A stretch of 64,000 nucleotides of DNA from Eledone cirrhosa (lineage: Eukaryota): NCBI GenBank assembly GCA_964016885.1, contig OZ024763.1:13020001-13084000 (forward strand), in the 5' to 3' direction. The stretch's first letter is position 1. Every line of letters starts with the position of its first letter. The position numbers were made by a program, and so were the translations under genes. This document shows positions 27,060 through 40,575 of this stretch, in pieces. A model generated the notes under the pieces. That model saw only the letters and a program-made list of their open reading frames with translations. It ran no database searches and was not told the origin of the DNA.

Positions 27060-27670
27060 TTTGATACCAGCTGTCAAAGACTGGCTCAGATTCTATGGAA
27101 TAAAACCATCCAATTTAAATTGATTCCAATCAGTGCACGACTGGTTCAGGTTCTATGGAATGAAACCACCCATTTTAAATTAATACCAAGCTGTCCAAAA
27201 CTGGCTCAGGGTCTACAGAATGAAACCACCCATTTTAAATTGATACCAACCTATGCAAGACTGGCTCAGGGTCTATGGAATAAAACCACATGTTAAATTG
27301 ATGCCAAGCTGTCCAAGACTGGCTCAGGTTCTATGGAATAAAACCACCCATTTTGAATTGATCCCAAGCTGTCCAAACATGGCTCAGGTTCTGGTTCTAT
27401 GGAACGAAACCATCCATTTTAAATTGATACCAAGCTGTCCAAGACTGGCTCAGGGTCTATGGAATGAAACCATCCATTTTAAATTGATACCAAGCTGTCC
27501 AAGACTGGTTCAGGTTCTATGGAATAAAGCCTCCTATTTTAAATTGATCCCAACCTACGCAAGACTGGCTCAGGTTCTATGGAATGGAATCATCCATGTT
27601 AAATTGATCCCAACCTGTGCAAGACTGGCTCAGTTTCTATGGTATTAAACTACCCAATTTAAATTGTTTC
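27060..27670. repeat. ~60-bp minisatellite, ~10 units, inside a MITE
   Basis: Unit aaattgataccaagctgtccaagactggctcaggttctatggaatgaaaccatccatttt. Confidence 0.9.
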
Positions 27671-27990
27671 TATTTAAATTAAAACCTTCCAACATAATTT
27701 GATATCAGAACCTTTTGTTAAGTAAAGTTACAAATACAAGTACCATTTTAATAATGAAATAATAACTTTAGTAAATCCTTCAAAACTTTTCATTAATTAA
27801 CTAAAATATAGTGAAATTCATTAGAAATATGGTAACGAAAGGGTTAAAATGAGCATGAGCAGTTTTGTATGATAAATCTAGGTTTCAGGAGGTTTGATAT
27901 GAAAAGTGTTAGAAAATTTAAGAAGGAGATCTACTGTAAATATATAACTAAGATAGAGGGGAACTACTTGGATTAGGGTTCTAATCTTAC

Positions 27991-28107
27991 CAAGGTTCTC
28001 TTTATCACCTTCACTAGTTTTGTTGTCTTCAGAAGATTTCTGGGTCTTATTGACATCATCTGTTGTAGAATCCTCAGATTTCTCATCAGTTCCCTCTTTT
28101 GGTGAGG
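27991..28107 (-). CDS. Repeat exon R2 (117 bp): ASPKEGTDEKSEDSTTDDVNKTQKSSEDNKTSEGDKENL
   Basis: Intact tttcag| acceptor and CTTG|gtaaga donor; no stop or indel. Confidence 0.75.
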
Positions 28108-28687
28108 CTGAAATTTAAGATATTGCTATGGTTACACTACCTAATTAAACAATGATGTTACCTAGCAACAGTGTATAGCGTGTAGATATCTCCATGGTGA
28201 CAGCTGGTGGTCTAACCAGATTAGGCAATTATTAACCCTTGTAGATTAGACACATTAAATATACTGATGTTTCCATGGCGACAGTTTGTAGTCTAACTAG
28301 ATTAGACACATTCAGTACACTGACTAGTGTGTAGTAGCTGTTTCCATGGTGACAGCTTCTAAACATCGATTGTCTATTTACATTTCTGGCTGATAGGTAA
28401 AAGGCTTAAAAAACAGAAAGTAGTAGCCAGTTGTCACTTTGTGTAATGGTAACACATTCCTACTATATATGGGTGTGAGTTGGAGTCCCATGGGTGACAG
28501 TGTCCACTGTTTTACATTTCCAGGGACTTATATGCCCCACTTAGACTATTTTTCATAGTCCCACCGAAAAGAAGAAATAAATAAATAAAACTGCATGCAT
28601 TGTGGCCATTAATGTTAGAGTAAGTTACCTTAATATTTTAATATATATTTCAATACAAGTGTTGACATACCATATGTTACTATATAT

Positions 28688-30248
28688 TTAACCCTTTAGC
28701 ATTTAAACTGGCCATATCCGGCCAGAATTCTCTCACCTCTTCTGTTCAAACCAGCCATAACTGGCCATTCATACTGACATTAAGGTATAGTTCTCAAAAT
28801 AAATAACATCAAAATCTTGTAGATTCGATATTATGTGAGGTAAAGCCTTTACCACACAAATATAATTGTTTCTACTTTAGGCACAAGGCCAGCAATTACC
28901 CAGTGCATTACTGGTACTTTATTTTATCGACCCCGTAAGGATGAAAGTCAAAGTTAACCTCGGCGGGATTTTATCACACAAATATAATAGTATATATAGA
29001 GTAATGTGAATGTTATGTGAGATATTATGTGAGGTAAAGCCTTTACCATGAAAATACAATAGTATATATAGAGTAATGTGAATGTTATGTGAGATATTAT
29101 GTGAGGTAAAGCCTTTACCATGAAAATATAATAGTATATATAGAGTAATGTAAATGTTATGTGAGATATTATGTGAGGTAAAGCCTTTACCATGAAAATA
29201 TAATAGTATATATAGAGTAATGTAAATGTTATGTGAGATATTATGTGAGGTAAAGCCTTTACCATGAAAATATAATAGTATATATAGAGTAATGTAAATG
29301 TTATGTGAGATATTATGTGAGGTAAAGTCTTTACCATGAAAATATAATAGTATATATAGAGTAATGTAAATGTTATGTGAGATATTATGTGAGGTAAAGC
29401 CTTTACCATGAAAATATAATAGTATATATAGAGTAATGTAAATGTTATGTGAGATATTATGTGAGGTAAAGTCTTTACCATGAAAATATAATAGTATATA
29501 TAGAGTAATGTGGATGCTATGTGAGATATTATGTGAGGTAAAGCCTTTACCATGGAAATATAATATTATATATAGAGTAATGTGAATGTTATGTGAGATA
29601 TTATGTGAGGTAAAGCCTTTACCATGAAAATATAATAGTATATATAGAGTAATGTAAATGTTATGTGAGATATTATGTGAGGTAAAGTCTTTACCATGAA
29701 AATATAATAGTATATATAGAGTAATGTGGATGCTATGTGAGATATTATGTGAGGTAAAGCCTTTACCATGAAAATATAATATTATATATAGAGTAATGTA
29801 AATGTTATGTGAGATATTATGTGAGGTAAAGCCTTTACCATGAAAATATAATAGTATATATAGAGTAATGTAAATGTTATGTGAGATATTATGTGAGGTA
29901 AAGTCTTTACCATGAAAATATAATAGTATATATAGAGTAATGTGGATGCTATGTGAGATATTATGTGAGGTAAAGCCTTTACCATGGAAATATAATATTA
30001 TATATAGAGTAATGTGAATGTTATGTGAGATATTATGTGAGGTAAAGCCTTTACCATGAAAATATAATAGTATATATAGAGTAATGTAAATGCTATGTGA
30101 GATATTATGTGAGGTAAAGTCTTTACCATGAAAATATAATAGTATATATAGAGTAATGTGGATGCTATGTGAGATATTATGTGAGGTAAAGCCTTTACCA
30201 TGGAAATATAATATTATATATAGAGTAATGTAAATGCTAAAGGGTTAA
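28688..30248 (+). mobile_element. piggyBac-type MITE carrying ~17 copies of an internal 72-bp minisatellite and a SINE2 fragment
   Basis: TTAA-CCCTTTAGCATTTA ... TAAATGCTAAAGGG-TTAA. Confidence 0.85.
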
Positions 30249-30523
30249 ATGAGGATGAGGCCCTGCAGGCTATGAGGCTCTGAGCTGCTACCCACTCACT
30301 CCCAATGTCAATCCATTACTGTGTGTACTCCACAATGTATCAAAGTAAAGAGATACAATCAGGTCTGAAGAACATTTAGACATTAAACAAATAAAAGAAC
30401 TCAACATGATAAAGATGTCATTATAAAAATACAAGAGTGATAGAAATACTGGCACTAACTACAATAAGGTAGGTATTATTTCAGGTGAGAAAGAATTCGG
30501 TGGTATTTACTACAGAGATATAT

Positions 30524-30863
30524 ATCATCATCATCATCATTTTACATCCACTTTTCCCTGCTTGCAAGAGTGGGACGGGAACTGATTCTGGCTTGATTTC
30601 TACAGCTGGATGCCCTTCCTAACACCAACCTCATTTACAGTGAGTGCTGGGTGCTTTTTTACTGTGGCACCTCCACGACCACTTTGCAGTGGAATGATAG
30701 GGACCCCAGTCCCTATCATCTCATTTCTACAGCTGAGTAAACTGGAGCAATGTGAAATAAAGTGTCTTGTTCAAGGAAACAACACATCACCCGGTCTGAG
30801 AATTGAACTCACAACCTTTCGATTGCAAGGCCAATGCTCTAACCACTAAGCCATGTGCCGCCA
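30524..30863 (-). mobile_element. SINE family 1, full length
   Basis: Reverse complement of the 11330 copy. Confidence 0.85.
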
Positions 30864-32062
30864 TATAGACATTATTTACATAGTGGGTACTATGGTAGAC
30901 GTTATTTACATAGAGGGTACTATGGTAGACGTTATTTACATAGAGGGTACTATGGTAGACGTTATTTACATAGAGGGTGCTATTGTAATATTTAGGCTAA
31001 CAAAGTATTCCATGTTATTCACTATGGAGATAGAAATATAGACACTATATATATATATAGAAGGTTCTATTATACTATCTAGGCTATCAGAGAATTCTGT
31101 GTTATTCACTACAGAGATAGAAATATAGAGACTATTTATATAGAAGGTTCTATTATACTATCTAGGCTATCAGAGATAGAAATATAGAGAATGTAGAATA
31201 TTAGTTAAAGACTTGTTACTAAAGGATGATAAGGAATATGAGTAATATATTAGATAACAGTTATATAGAAGGTACTATTGTACTATTTAGGGTACCTGAA
31301 GATTAGTGGAGTACTTTACTGCAGAGATAGTAATATAGATACCAGTTACATACAAGATACTATTTAGAATAACAAAAATTTAGGAGTTTATTAGTAGAGA
31401 TCTGCTAAATGACTAAAATATGATATAAATTACTATAGTCTGTTGAGAAGAAAGTTATCAAGATTAGTTTAAGGACTTTGTTACTAAAGGATTATAAAGA
31501 TGTCATTATAAAAACCACAAAAAAATATGAGAAATACAGGTAATGGTTATATAGAAGGTACTATTTAGTATATGGAGGATGGTGGATTTATTCAGGAGAG
31601 ATATAGAAACATAGAAACTAGTTAGACAGACAATACTATATAGGGTATCAAGGATGGTGGATTAATTCAGTACACAGACAGAAATATAGACACTAGTTAC
31701 ATAGAAGATACTATTTAGAGGAATAGGAACAGATATATAGAAGGTACTATTGAAAGTAACAGGCTCAGAAATATAGAAATCAGTCACAAACAATAGAAGG
31801 AAAAGACTAGAGACTAGAAGAGGATAGAAAATATAGTACATATATAGTTGAGACTGTTAGTTAAAATATTTGTTACTAAAGGATGGTAAAGATATCATTA
31901 TAAACACATAGGAAGTTGAGTAATATAGATACCAGTTATATAGACGGTACTATTTAGGGTAATAAAGATTTAGGGGTTTATTAGTAGAGATCTGCTAAAA
32001 AACTAAAGAATGATAGAAATAACTATAGTCTGTCTAGAAGAAAGTTATCAAGATTAGTTTAA

Positions 32063-32170
32063 CCTTCAGCACGCCGTTGACGACAAATTGCCACAATAGA
32101 GTAATTTCCCCTTATAACACGATACAGTGTAAAGGGAAGCAATTTATAAAATAGTTCAGCGGGCTAAAGA
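32063..32170. mobile_element. 108-bp TTAA-targeted mini-MITE
   Basis: TTAA on both sides, imperfect TIR CCTTCAGCACGC / GCGGGCTAAAGA; empty paralogous site agattagtttaaggac at ~31461. Confidence 0.75.
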
Positions 32171-32363
32171 TTAAAGACTGTTACTAAAGGATGGTAAAGA
32201 TGCTATTATGAAAACCACAAATATATGATAAATATAGACACTAGTTAGATAGAAGGTACTATTTAAGGTGTCAAGGCTGGAGCTATTTAGTAGGGGTCTG
32301 TTAGAGGACTAAAGGGCGACAACCAAGATAGGTGGAGCTGGTGGATTAGGGCTCTAATCTTAC

Positions 32364-32480
32364 CAATGTTCTCTTTATCACTTTCACTAGTTTTATTGTC
32401 TTCAGAAGATTTCTGGGGCTTATTGACATCATCTGTTGTAGAATCCCCAGATTTCTCATCAGTTCCCTCTTGTGGTGAGG
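32364..32480 (-). CDS. Repeat exon R1 (117 bp, phase 1-1): ASPQEGTDEKSGDSTTDDVNKPQKSSEDNKTSESDKENI
   Basis: aatttcag|CC acceptor, ATTG|gtaaga donor; open in the frame set by exon C. Confidence 0.8.
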
Positions 32481-34285
32481 CTGAAATTTAATATGTTACC
32501 ATGGTTACAGTATCAATCAATCATTATATCATCGTCATCATTTTACATCCACTTTCCATGTTGGCATGGGTTGGATGGGTCTGAGACTTGAATGGTCAGA
32601 GAAATACGTCAAGCTCATATGTTCCATATTTGGTATGGTTTTTAAGGCTGATTGCCTTTCCTAACATACAATTTTACAGAGTGTGCTTGGTGCATTTTGT
32701 TGTGGTACCATCAGCACTAACACTTTACAGAGTCTACTGGGTGCATTCTATTGTAGCACCAGCATTACCACTCTACAGAGTCTACTGGGTGCATTCTATT
32801 GTAGCACCAGCATTACCACTCTACAGAGTCTACTGGGTGCATTTCCAGTCACTAACAGTATCACTTTACAGAGTGTACTGGGTGCATTTTATTGTAGCAC
32901 CAGCACTCCCACATTACAGAGTCTACTGGGTGCATTTCCTCATGTCACAAACACTAGCACATTACAGAGTGTACTGGGTGCATTTTCTCATGAAAGCATT
33001 GAATACTGTGCAGATATCTTTATGATGTGGTGTTTAATTAGCAGACTCGTTAGGGCATCGGACATAATACCTTGCAGTATTGATTCCCACTTTCTGCCCT
33101 CTGAGTTCAAATCCCACAGAGACAAGCATTACTGTTGATCCTTTAAAGATTGGTATATCGAATACCATTCTGGTAGTGGGGGTTCGATTCTTGGGAGAGA
33201 GGGAGGGGGGTCAGATGTGAGGGATGGGGAGGGGCAACTGGTTCACTAATTAAAACAAATTTTAATTTGTTTTTTGTTTCTTTGTTGTTGTTTTGTGGTT
33301 TTTAATTGATTTTCACATCCTGCTAGAAAAGGAAAAAAACAAACATTTGAAAATTTTAGTATCCTGAAAATAAAATTGATTTAAAAAAAAAAAATTAAAT
33401 TAAAAAAATTAATTAAAAGTATATATAATTAAATAAAAATATATAACTAATTTCAGCTGAAATGATAAAAGAAAAAGAGGTAAATTATGGCGACATAATA
33501 TTAACAATATTATTATTATCGGTAGAGGGTCGGACGCCATGCTTTCCAGCATAGTTACATCCCTTTACGGTCTGAGTTCAAATCCCGTCGAGGTTGACTT
33601 TGCCTTTCATCCTTACGGGGTCGATAAAATAAAGTACCAGTAATGTACTGGGGTAATTGCTGGCCTTGTGCCAAAAGTAGAAATAATCATTATTATTATT
33701 ATTACGTTTTTTTTAAAATAAAGTACCAGTCACACATTATTATTATTGTTATCAATAATGGGTTCTTACTATAAGCACAAGGCCAGCAATATGTGGGGAG
33801 GGCAAAGTTGATTAAATTGACTCCAGTGTATTACTGGTACTTTATTTTATTGACCCTCCGTAAGGATGAAAGGCAAAGTTAGCCTCGGCGGGATTTGAAC
33901 TCAGAATGACAAGGGCCGTAACTCTATGCGCCAAAGCATGGCGTCCGACGCTCTACCGACACTGCCAACCCACCGCCTAACAATGACAATAATAATAATA
34001 TTAATAACAACAACACTAATAAGAATGAAAAATAAAAATATATAACAAATATAAAAAAAACAAAAATATAGGAAAAATAAAAATATATAACAAATATAAA
34101 AAAACAAAGATGAAAGACAAACAGACAGACTGAGAGATATGTTGATATTGTTTTCTTCTTTTTCTTCTGACAAGTCATATTAACAGAATAAAAAATGGGT
34201 GGGGGTGGGGGACATGTTGACCAAAAAGAACATTTAAAAAAAAAAAAAACCCACTCTGATTGATATAAAAAAAAGTACACACACA

Positions 34286-34357
<72 letters not shown>

Positions 34358-34443
34358 TTATTTCCATGCTACAAGAGGTGCAAAGCAATCTAACAAGAAA
34401 CTGTTCTACAAGAAAGAATACAAGAGTAGAGAGATAGTTGGAC

Positions 34444-34493
<50 letters not shown>

Positions 34494-35359
34494 TGGTAGA
34501 GAGAGAGAGATAGGTAGGTAGGTAGATGGACAGGTAGGTGTGTGTATATATATATATATACAGAGAGAGAGAGATAAATAGGTAAATAGATAGAGAGATA
34601 GCAAGGTAAATAGATAGGTGGAGAGAGAGACAGAGAGAGAGAAAGAGATGGGTAGATAGATAGAGACAACTAGAGAGAGAGAGAGAGAGTTAGACAGACA
34701 ACTAGAGAGAGAGAGAGAGAGAGAGTTAGACAGACAACTAGAGAGAGAGAGAGAGAGTTAGACAGACAACTAGAGAGAGAGAGAGAGTTAGACAGACAGC
34801 TAGAGAGAGAGAGAGAGAGAGAGTTAGACAGACAGCTAGAGAGAGAGAGAGAGAGAGAGATGAAGACCAACAGACTATGTAGACCAGAGAAGTGGTTCCA
34901 ACCAAGCCATTCTCTGCAATTGTATTCAGTCTAAAGAAATGAAGCCAAAATAAAGAATTTAGTAATTTTATCCTTCCTTTCTTTCTTTTTTCTCAATCTG
35001 TAGACCAATATGTATGTCTATGTATATATATATATATATATATATAAATATATACACATCTCTATATATATATACAAATACATATATACATACAAACATA
35101 CACACACACACAAATATACATATATATATATATATATATACATATATATAATACATAAATATATACATACATGCATATTTATATATATATATACACATAT
35201 ACACATCCATACATATATATACATATATATATGTATGGATACATGGATATTTACATATATATATACACACATATATACATATACATACATATATATACAT
35301 ACATACATATATACACACATATATACATATACATACATATATATACATACATACATATA

Positions 35360-35391
<32 letters not shown>

Positions 35392-35395
35392 CATA

Positions 35396-35427
<32 letters not shown>

Positions 35428-35542
35428 CACATACATACATATATATATACATACATACATACATATACATACATATATATATATATATACATACATACAT
35501 ATATACATACATATATATATATAAACATACATATATATATAC

Positions 35543-35605
<63 letters not shown>

Positions 35606-36630
35606 CATATATATACACATACATATATACATACATATATACATATACATATACACATATATATATATATACACACCCATAGACACACACACACACACAT
35701 TCTTTCTGCCACTTCTCAGGTGTGTTTATTACCTACTAGTAAGTTAGTAAAACCTTTTATCAGGTGGGCTTTGTTGGTTTCAGTTTTACTTAGAATTTGG
35801 TTTGTTTCTTTTTTAACCCCTCCCCCTACCCCCACCCTCCCATCATCATCATCATCATCATAACAACAAGAAACTGTGAAGCAGCTCAAGCTTTGGCATC
35901 TCATTACAGCGGTTGGTGGCATTCTGTAGCAACAGGCAATGTAACAGGTGGTGGGGTGGGGTGTTGGGGTGTGTGGGTGGAGATTGGGGGGGGGGGGGGC
36001 TAGAACGTGTGGGTGGGCGTCTGGGCGTGGAGAGGTGGAGTGGGGTAGAGGTGGAGAGGTGGAGTGGGGTAGAGGAGAAAAGAGAGGGGAGAGGGAGAGT
36101 AGATGAGAAAGAGAGAGCGGAGAGAGACAGGAGAGAGAGAGAGAGGGGACAGGAGAGATAGAGGGAAGAGAGAGAGGAGAGAGAGAGGGAAGAGAGAGGG
36201 AAGAGAGAGAGAGGGAAGAGAGAGAGAGGGAAGAGAGACAGGAGAGAGAGAGGTGAGAGAGAGAAGAGAGAGAGAGGTGAGAGAGAGAAGAGAGAGAGAA
36301 GAGAGAAGAGAGAGGAGAGAGAGGGAAGAAAAAGAGGAGAGAGAGGGAAGAAAGAGAGGAGAGAGAGGGGAGAAAGAGAGGAGAGAGACAGGTGAGAGAG
36401 AGAAGAGAAGAGAGAAGAGAGAAGAGAGAGAGAAAAGAGAGATGGGAGAGAGAGAAGAGAGAGATGGGAGAGAGAGGAGAGAGATGGGAGAGAGAGGAGA
36501 GAGATGGGAGAGAGAGGAGAGAGATGGGAGAGAAATAGGGGAGAGAAAGAGAGGGGAGAGAAAGAGAGGGGAGATACAGGAGAGAGAGGTGAGAGAGAGA
36601 GAGGAGAGAGAGAGGTGAGAGAGAGAAAGA

Positions 36631-36663
<33 letters not shown>

Positions 36664-36989
36664 TGTGCAGCGTTGTTCGTATGTAATATATTTTCTATGC
36701 AAGCGAGCAAGTGAACACAGAAGAGTAGGGGAGAGGGAGGGGTAGGGGGCGAACAGGCTGAGGATGTTGGTGGCAGGGGGTCTACCACGGGGGGGTCTGA
36801 GGGAGGGGATACAAAGGGGAAAAAAGTGCAAAAGAACTACTTTTATATTACTATGCGAGCGAGCAGGGGAACGGCTGGGAATGCATTAAAGGGCTGCACA
36901 GGGGGTGTGGGAGTAGGACTAGGGACGGGGGGCGTTGGAGTAACCATGCGCCGTCTAACTAGCCGTCCAGCCAACCATGGAATTCCTAC

Positions 36990-37337
36990 CTCCATCAGTC
37001 TGCGAAGTTGTGGTCGTCAGGATGTCAGTTTTCGTTCCATCGTTGCTGGTGCTGCTGCTAGTTCTGGTACTGGTGTTTGCCCCACCAGTGTCCTTCCTGG
37101 CCAGCTGGTCAAAGGCCTCTAGCTTGCGCCTCTTCTCCTCATCGGCCATGCGCTGCCGGTCCTTCAGTCCGGCTTGTGACGCCTTCAGGCGCAGGTCTTC
37201 CATGTCCTTGGTTAAGGTCGCGTTCTCTTTAAACTGTTGCAGAATCCTCTGCTTTTCCTCATCCGCGCGCTTTACCTTTTCCTTCAGGGCATTGTCTGCG
37301 AGATTTTCATTCTCCAGACGCTTTTTTTCCCATTCCT
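36990..37337 (-). CDS. Exon C (348 bp, phase 1-1): KEWEKKRLENENLADNALKEKVKRADEEKQRILQQF...MADEEKRRKLEAFDQLARK...TTTSQTDG; coiled coil followed by an S/T-rich segment
   Basis: Acceptor ctctgaaaaacag|AG after a pyrimidine tract, donor GGAG|gtagga; GC-richer than flanks; overlaps ORF 36955..37203; phase matches both neighbours. Confidence 0.9.
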
Positions 37338-37519
37338 CTGTTTTTCAGAGGAATCAGAGAGCAAAGACAAGAAACTCTGGTTAATTTTGTTTACTTTTAA
37401 TATATTTTAATGGGAATCAGCGAGCAAAAACAAAAGTCAATGATTCGCTTACATTTTTCAATAGACATTAACAAGAATCGGAGAACAAAGTCAAGAAGTA
37501 TAGTTAATTATTTGTTTCT

Positions 37520-37910
37520 TTTTACTACACTTTAACAAGATTTTAATGGGGATTGGTGAGCAAAAACAAAAAGCTGTCTGTTTTGTTGTTTTACTACACT
37601 TTAACAAGATTTTAATGGGGATTAGTGAGAACAGACAGGAAGCTGTTTTGTTGTTTTACTACATTTTAACAAGATTTTAATGGGGATTGGTGAGCACAGA
37701 CAGGAAGCTATGTTTTGTTGTTTTACTACATTTTAACAAGATTATAATGAGGATTGGTGAGCACAGACAGGAAGCTATGTTTTGTTGTTTTACTACACTT
37801 TAACAAAATTTTAATGGGGATTAGTGAGCACAGACAGGAAGCTATGTTTGTTTTGTTTTTTTACTACACTTTAATGTGTTTTTAATGGGAATTGCTGGAC
37901 AGAGACAAGA
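37520..37910. repeat. ~65-70-bp minisatellite, ~6 units
   Basis: Recurrent actacactttaacaagattttaatggggatt. Confidence 0.85.
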
Positions 37911-38459
37911 AACTATGGTTAATACATGTTTTAATAGGCTTTAACGGGTTTTAATGGAAGTAGGTGACCTATGGTAACATTTCTTATTTAAAATATATTT
38001 TAAGGGAATTTTAATGGAAACTGGTGAGCTAAGATAAAAAATTGATTCCAAGAACATATTTAAAAAATACAAAGAACTGAGCATGGAAGTCTGACTAAGC
38101 AGGAATGATACAATCAGACAATTCTTCAAACTCTAATGAATTCTCAAAGTGCTGATTCTTCTTCTGGTTGGCTGTTCTGGTTAGAACTAGTTAAAACCGG
38201 TATCTACTGGGATCTACTGACTCATCTAAATATCTAACAGCTGACCTGTATCTTCTGAAACAATGGCCAGTCAATTCTAAGGAAGTATACATCTTATATA
38301 ACAAACACTAAGCGACCCACACAGACCCTACATGGATATTTGATTTGCTAGAAATAGCAGCAACATCTTCCTCAAATAAATAAAAAATTATCTGTGGGTG
38401 GAAAATTGGCAGAGTTGTTAGAATGTAGAATAAAATGCTTTGCTTTTTGCCCTCTGAGT

Positions 38460-39660
38460 TTAACCCTTTAGCATTTAAACCAGCCATATCTGGCTAGAAT
38501 TCTCTCACCTCTTTCTGTTCAAACTGGCTGTAACTCGCCACTCATACTGATATTAAGGTATTGTTCTCAAAATAAATAATATCAAAGTCTCATAGATTTG
38601 ATAATTATATGAGGTAAAGCCTTTATCATGAAAATACAATAGTATATATAGAGTAATGTGGATGTTATGTGAGATATTATGTGAGGTAAAGCCTTTACCA
38701 TGAAAATACAATAGTATATATAGAGTAATGTGAATGTTATGTGAGATATTATGTGAGGTAAAGATTTTACCATGAAAATACAATAGTATATATAGAGTAA
38801 TGTGAATGTTATGTGAGATATTATGTGAGGTAAAGACTTTACCATGAAAATATAATAGTATATATAGAGTAATGTGGATGTTATGTGAGATATTATGTGA
38901 GGTAAAGCCTTTACCATGAAAATACAATAGTATATATAGAGTAATGTAAATGTTATGTGAGATATTATGTGAGGTAAAGCCTTTACCATGAAAATACAAT
39001 AGTATATATAGAGTAATGTGGATGTTATGTGAGATATTATGTGAGGTAAAGCCTTTACCATGAAAATACAATAGTATATATAGAGTAATGTGGATGTTAT
39101 GTGAGATATTATGTGAGGTAAAGCCTTTACCATGAAAATACAATAGTATATATAGAGTAATGTGGATGTTATGTGAGATATTATGTGAGGTAAAGCCTTT
39201 ACCATGAAAATACAATAGTATATATAGAGTAATGTGGATGTTATGTGAGATATTATGTGAGGTAAAGCCTTTACCATGAAAATACAATAGTATATATAGA
39301 GTAATGTGGATGTTATGTGAGATATTATGTGAGGTAAAGCCTTTACCATGAAAATACAATAGTATATATAGAGTAATGTGAATGTTATGTGAGGTAAAGA
39401 CTTTACCATGAAAATATAACAGTATATATAGAGTAATTGTCTCTACTTTAGGCACAAGGCTAGCAATTACCCAGTGCATTACTGGTACTTTATTTTATCG
39501 ACCCCGTAAGGATGAAAGGCAAAGTCAACCTCGGCGGGATTTGAACTCAGATTGTAAAGGGACGTAACTATGCTGGAAAGCATGGCGTCCGACCCTCTAC
39601 TGATACTGCCAATCCACCGCCAAAAGTATATATAGAGTAATGTAAATACTAAAGGGTTAA
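38460..39660 (+). mobile_element. Same MITE with ~11 copies of the 72-bp unit and a SINE2 insertion
   Basis: TTAA-CCCTTTAG ... CTAAAGGG-TTAA termini. Confidence 0.85.
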
Positions 39661-40074
39661 TGCACATCAACTGAGGTCATAGTCGAGGTGACCTAATGTG
39701 TCATCAAGTGAGTTCACCCGCATGATTGTTTAATTTGCTAAACCCTACTCAAAACATGCCAAGGGCCACCTTGTTTTTCATCCTCCCAGGGTTAAATACT
39801 AGGTGAACTAAGGACCCAATGGAGGGGGGGGGGGGGGCTACATGGTTGTTTAATTTGCTAGAAATTGCAGTCAAATTTCACTCAAATCAAATCCTACAGG
39901 CCCCCAGAACAGATGGGATGGTCACAGATGGAATGTCTTTGATCATAGGCCTGCTTCTTCATTGGTGGTGAATTGGCAGGACTGTTAGAGGGTAGGATAA
40001 AATACCTTCCAGCTCTGCAATCTGTTCAAATCAAGGCAACCAGAGTCCCTTAATATGCAACACAATGAGCCAAG

Positions 40075-40575
40075 TGTGGGACCTCTACATGGTTACTTAG
40101 CTTGCTAGAAATAGCAGCAAAATCTTCCTCAAACCACACCAAGGTGCTAACGAATGTGGGACCTCTACATGGTTACTTAGCTTGCTAGAAATAGCAGCAA
40201 AATCTTCCTCAAACCACACCAAGGTGCTAACAAATGTGGGACCTCTACATGGTTACTTAGCTTGCTAGAAATAGCAGCAAAATCTTCCTCAAAACATACC
40301 TAAGTGCTAACTAGTGTGAGCCTCTACATAATTACTTAGTTTGCTAGAAATAACAAAAATCTTCCTCAAAACACACCAAGGTTCTAACAAATGTGGGACC
40401 TCTATGTGGTTAGCTAGCTTGCTAGAAATAGAAACAAAATCTTCCTCAAAACACACCAAGGTTCTAACAAATGTGGGACCTCTATATGGTTAGTTAGCTT
40501 GCTAGAAATAGAAACAGAATCTTCCTTAAAACACACCAAGGTGCTAACAAATGTGGCACCTCTATGTGGTTAGTT
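40075..40575. repeat. 80-bp tandem repeat, ~6 units
   Basis: tgtgggacctctacatggttacttagcttgctagaaatagcagc at 80-bp spacing. Confidence 0.9.

Noticed and set aside
28954-30201. 24-aa repeat ORFs MVKALPHIISHIT...
   Set aside because: 72-bp minisatellite inside a MITE; stops occur in variant units.
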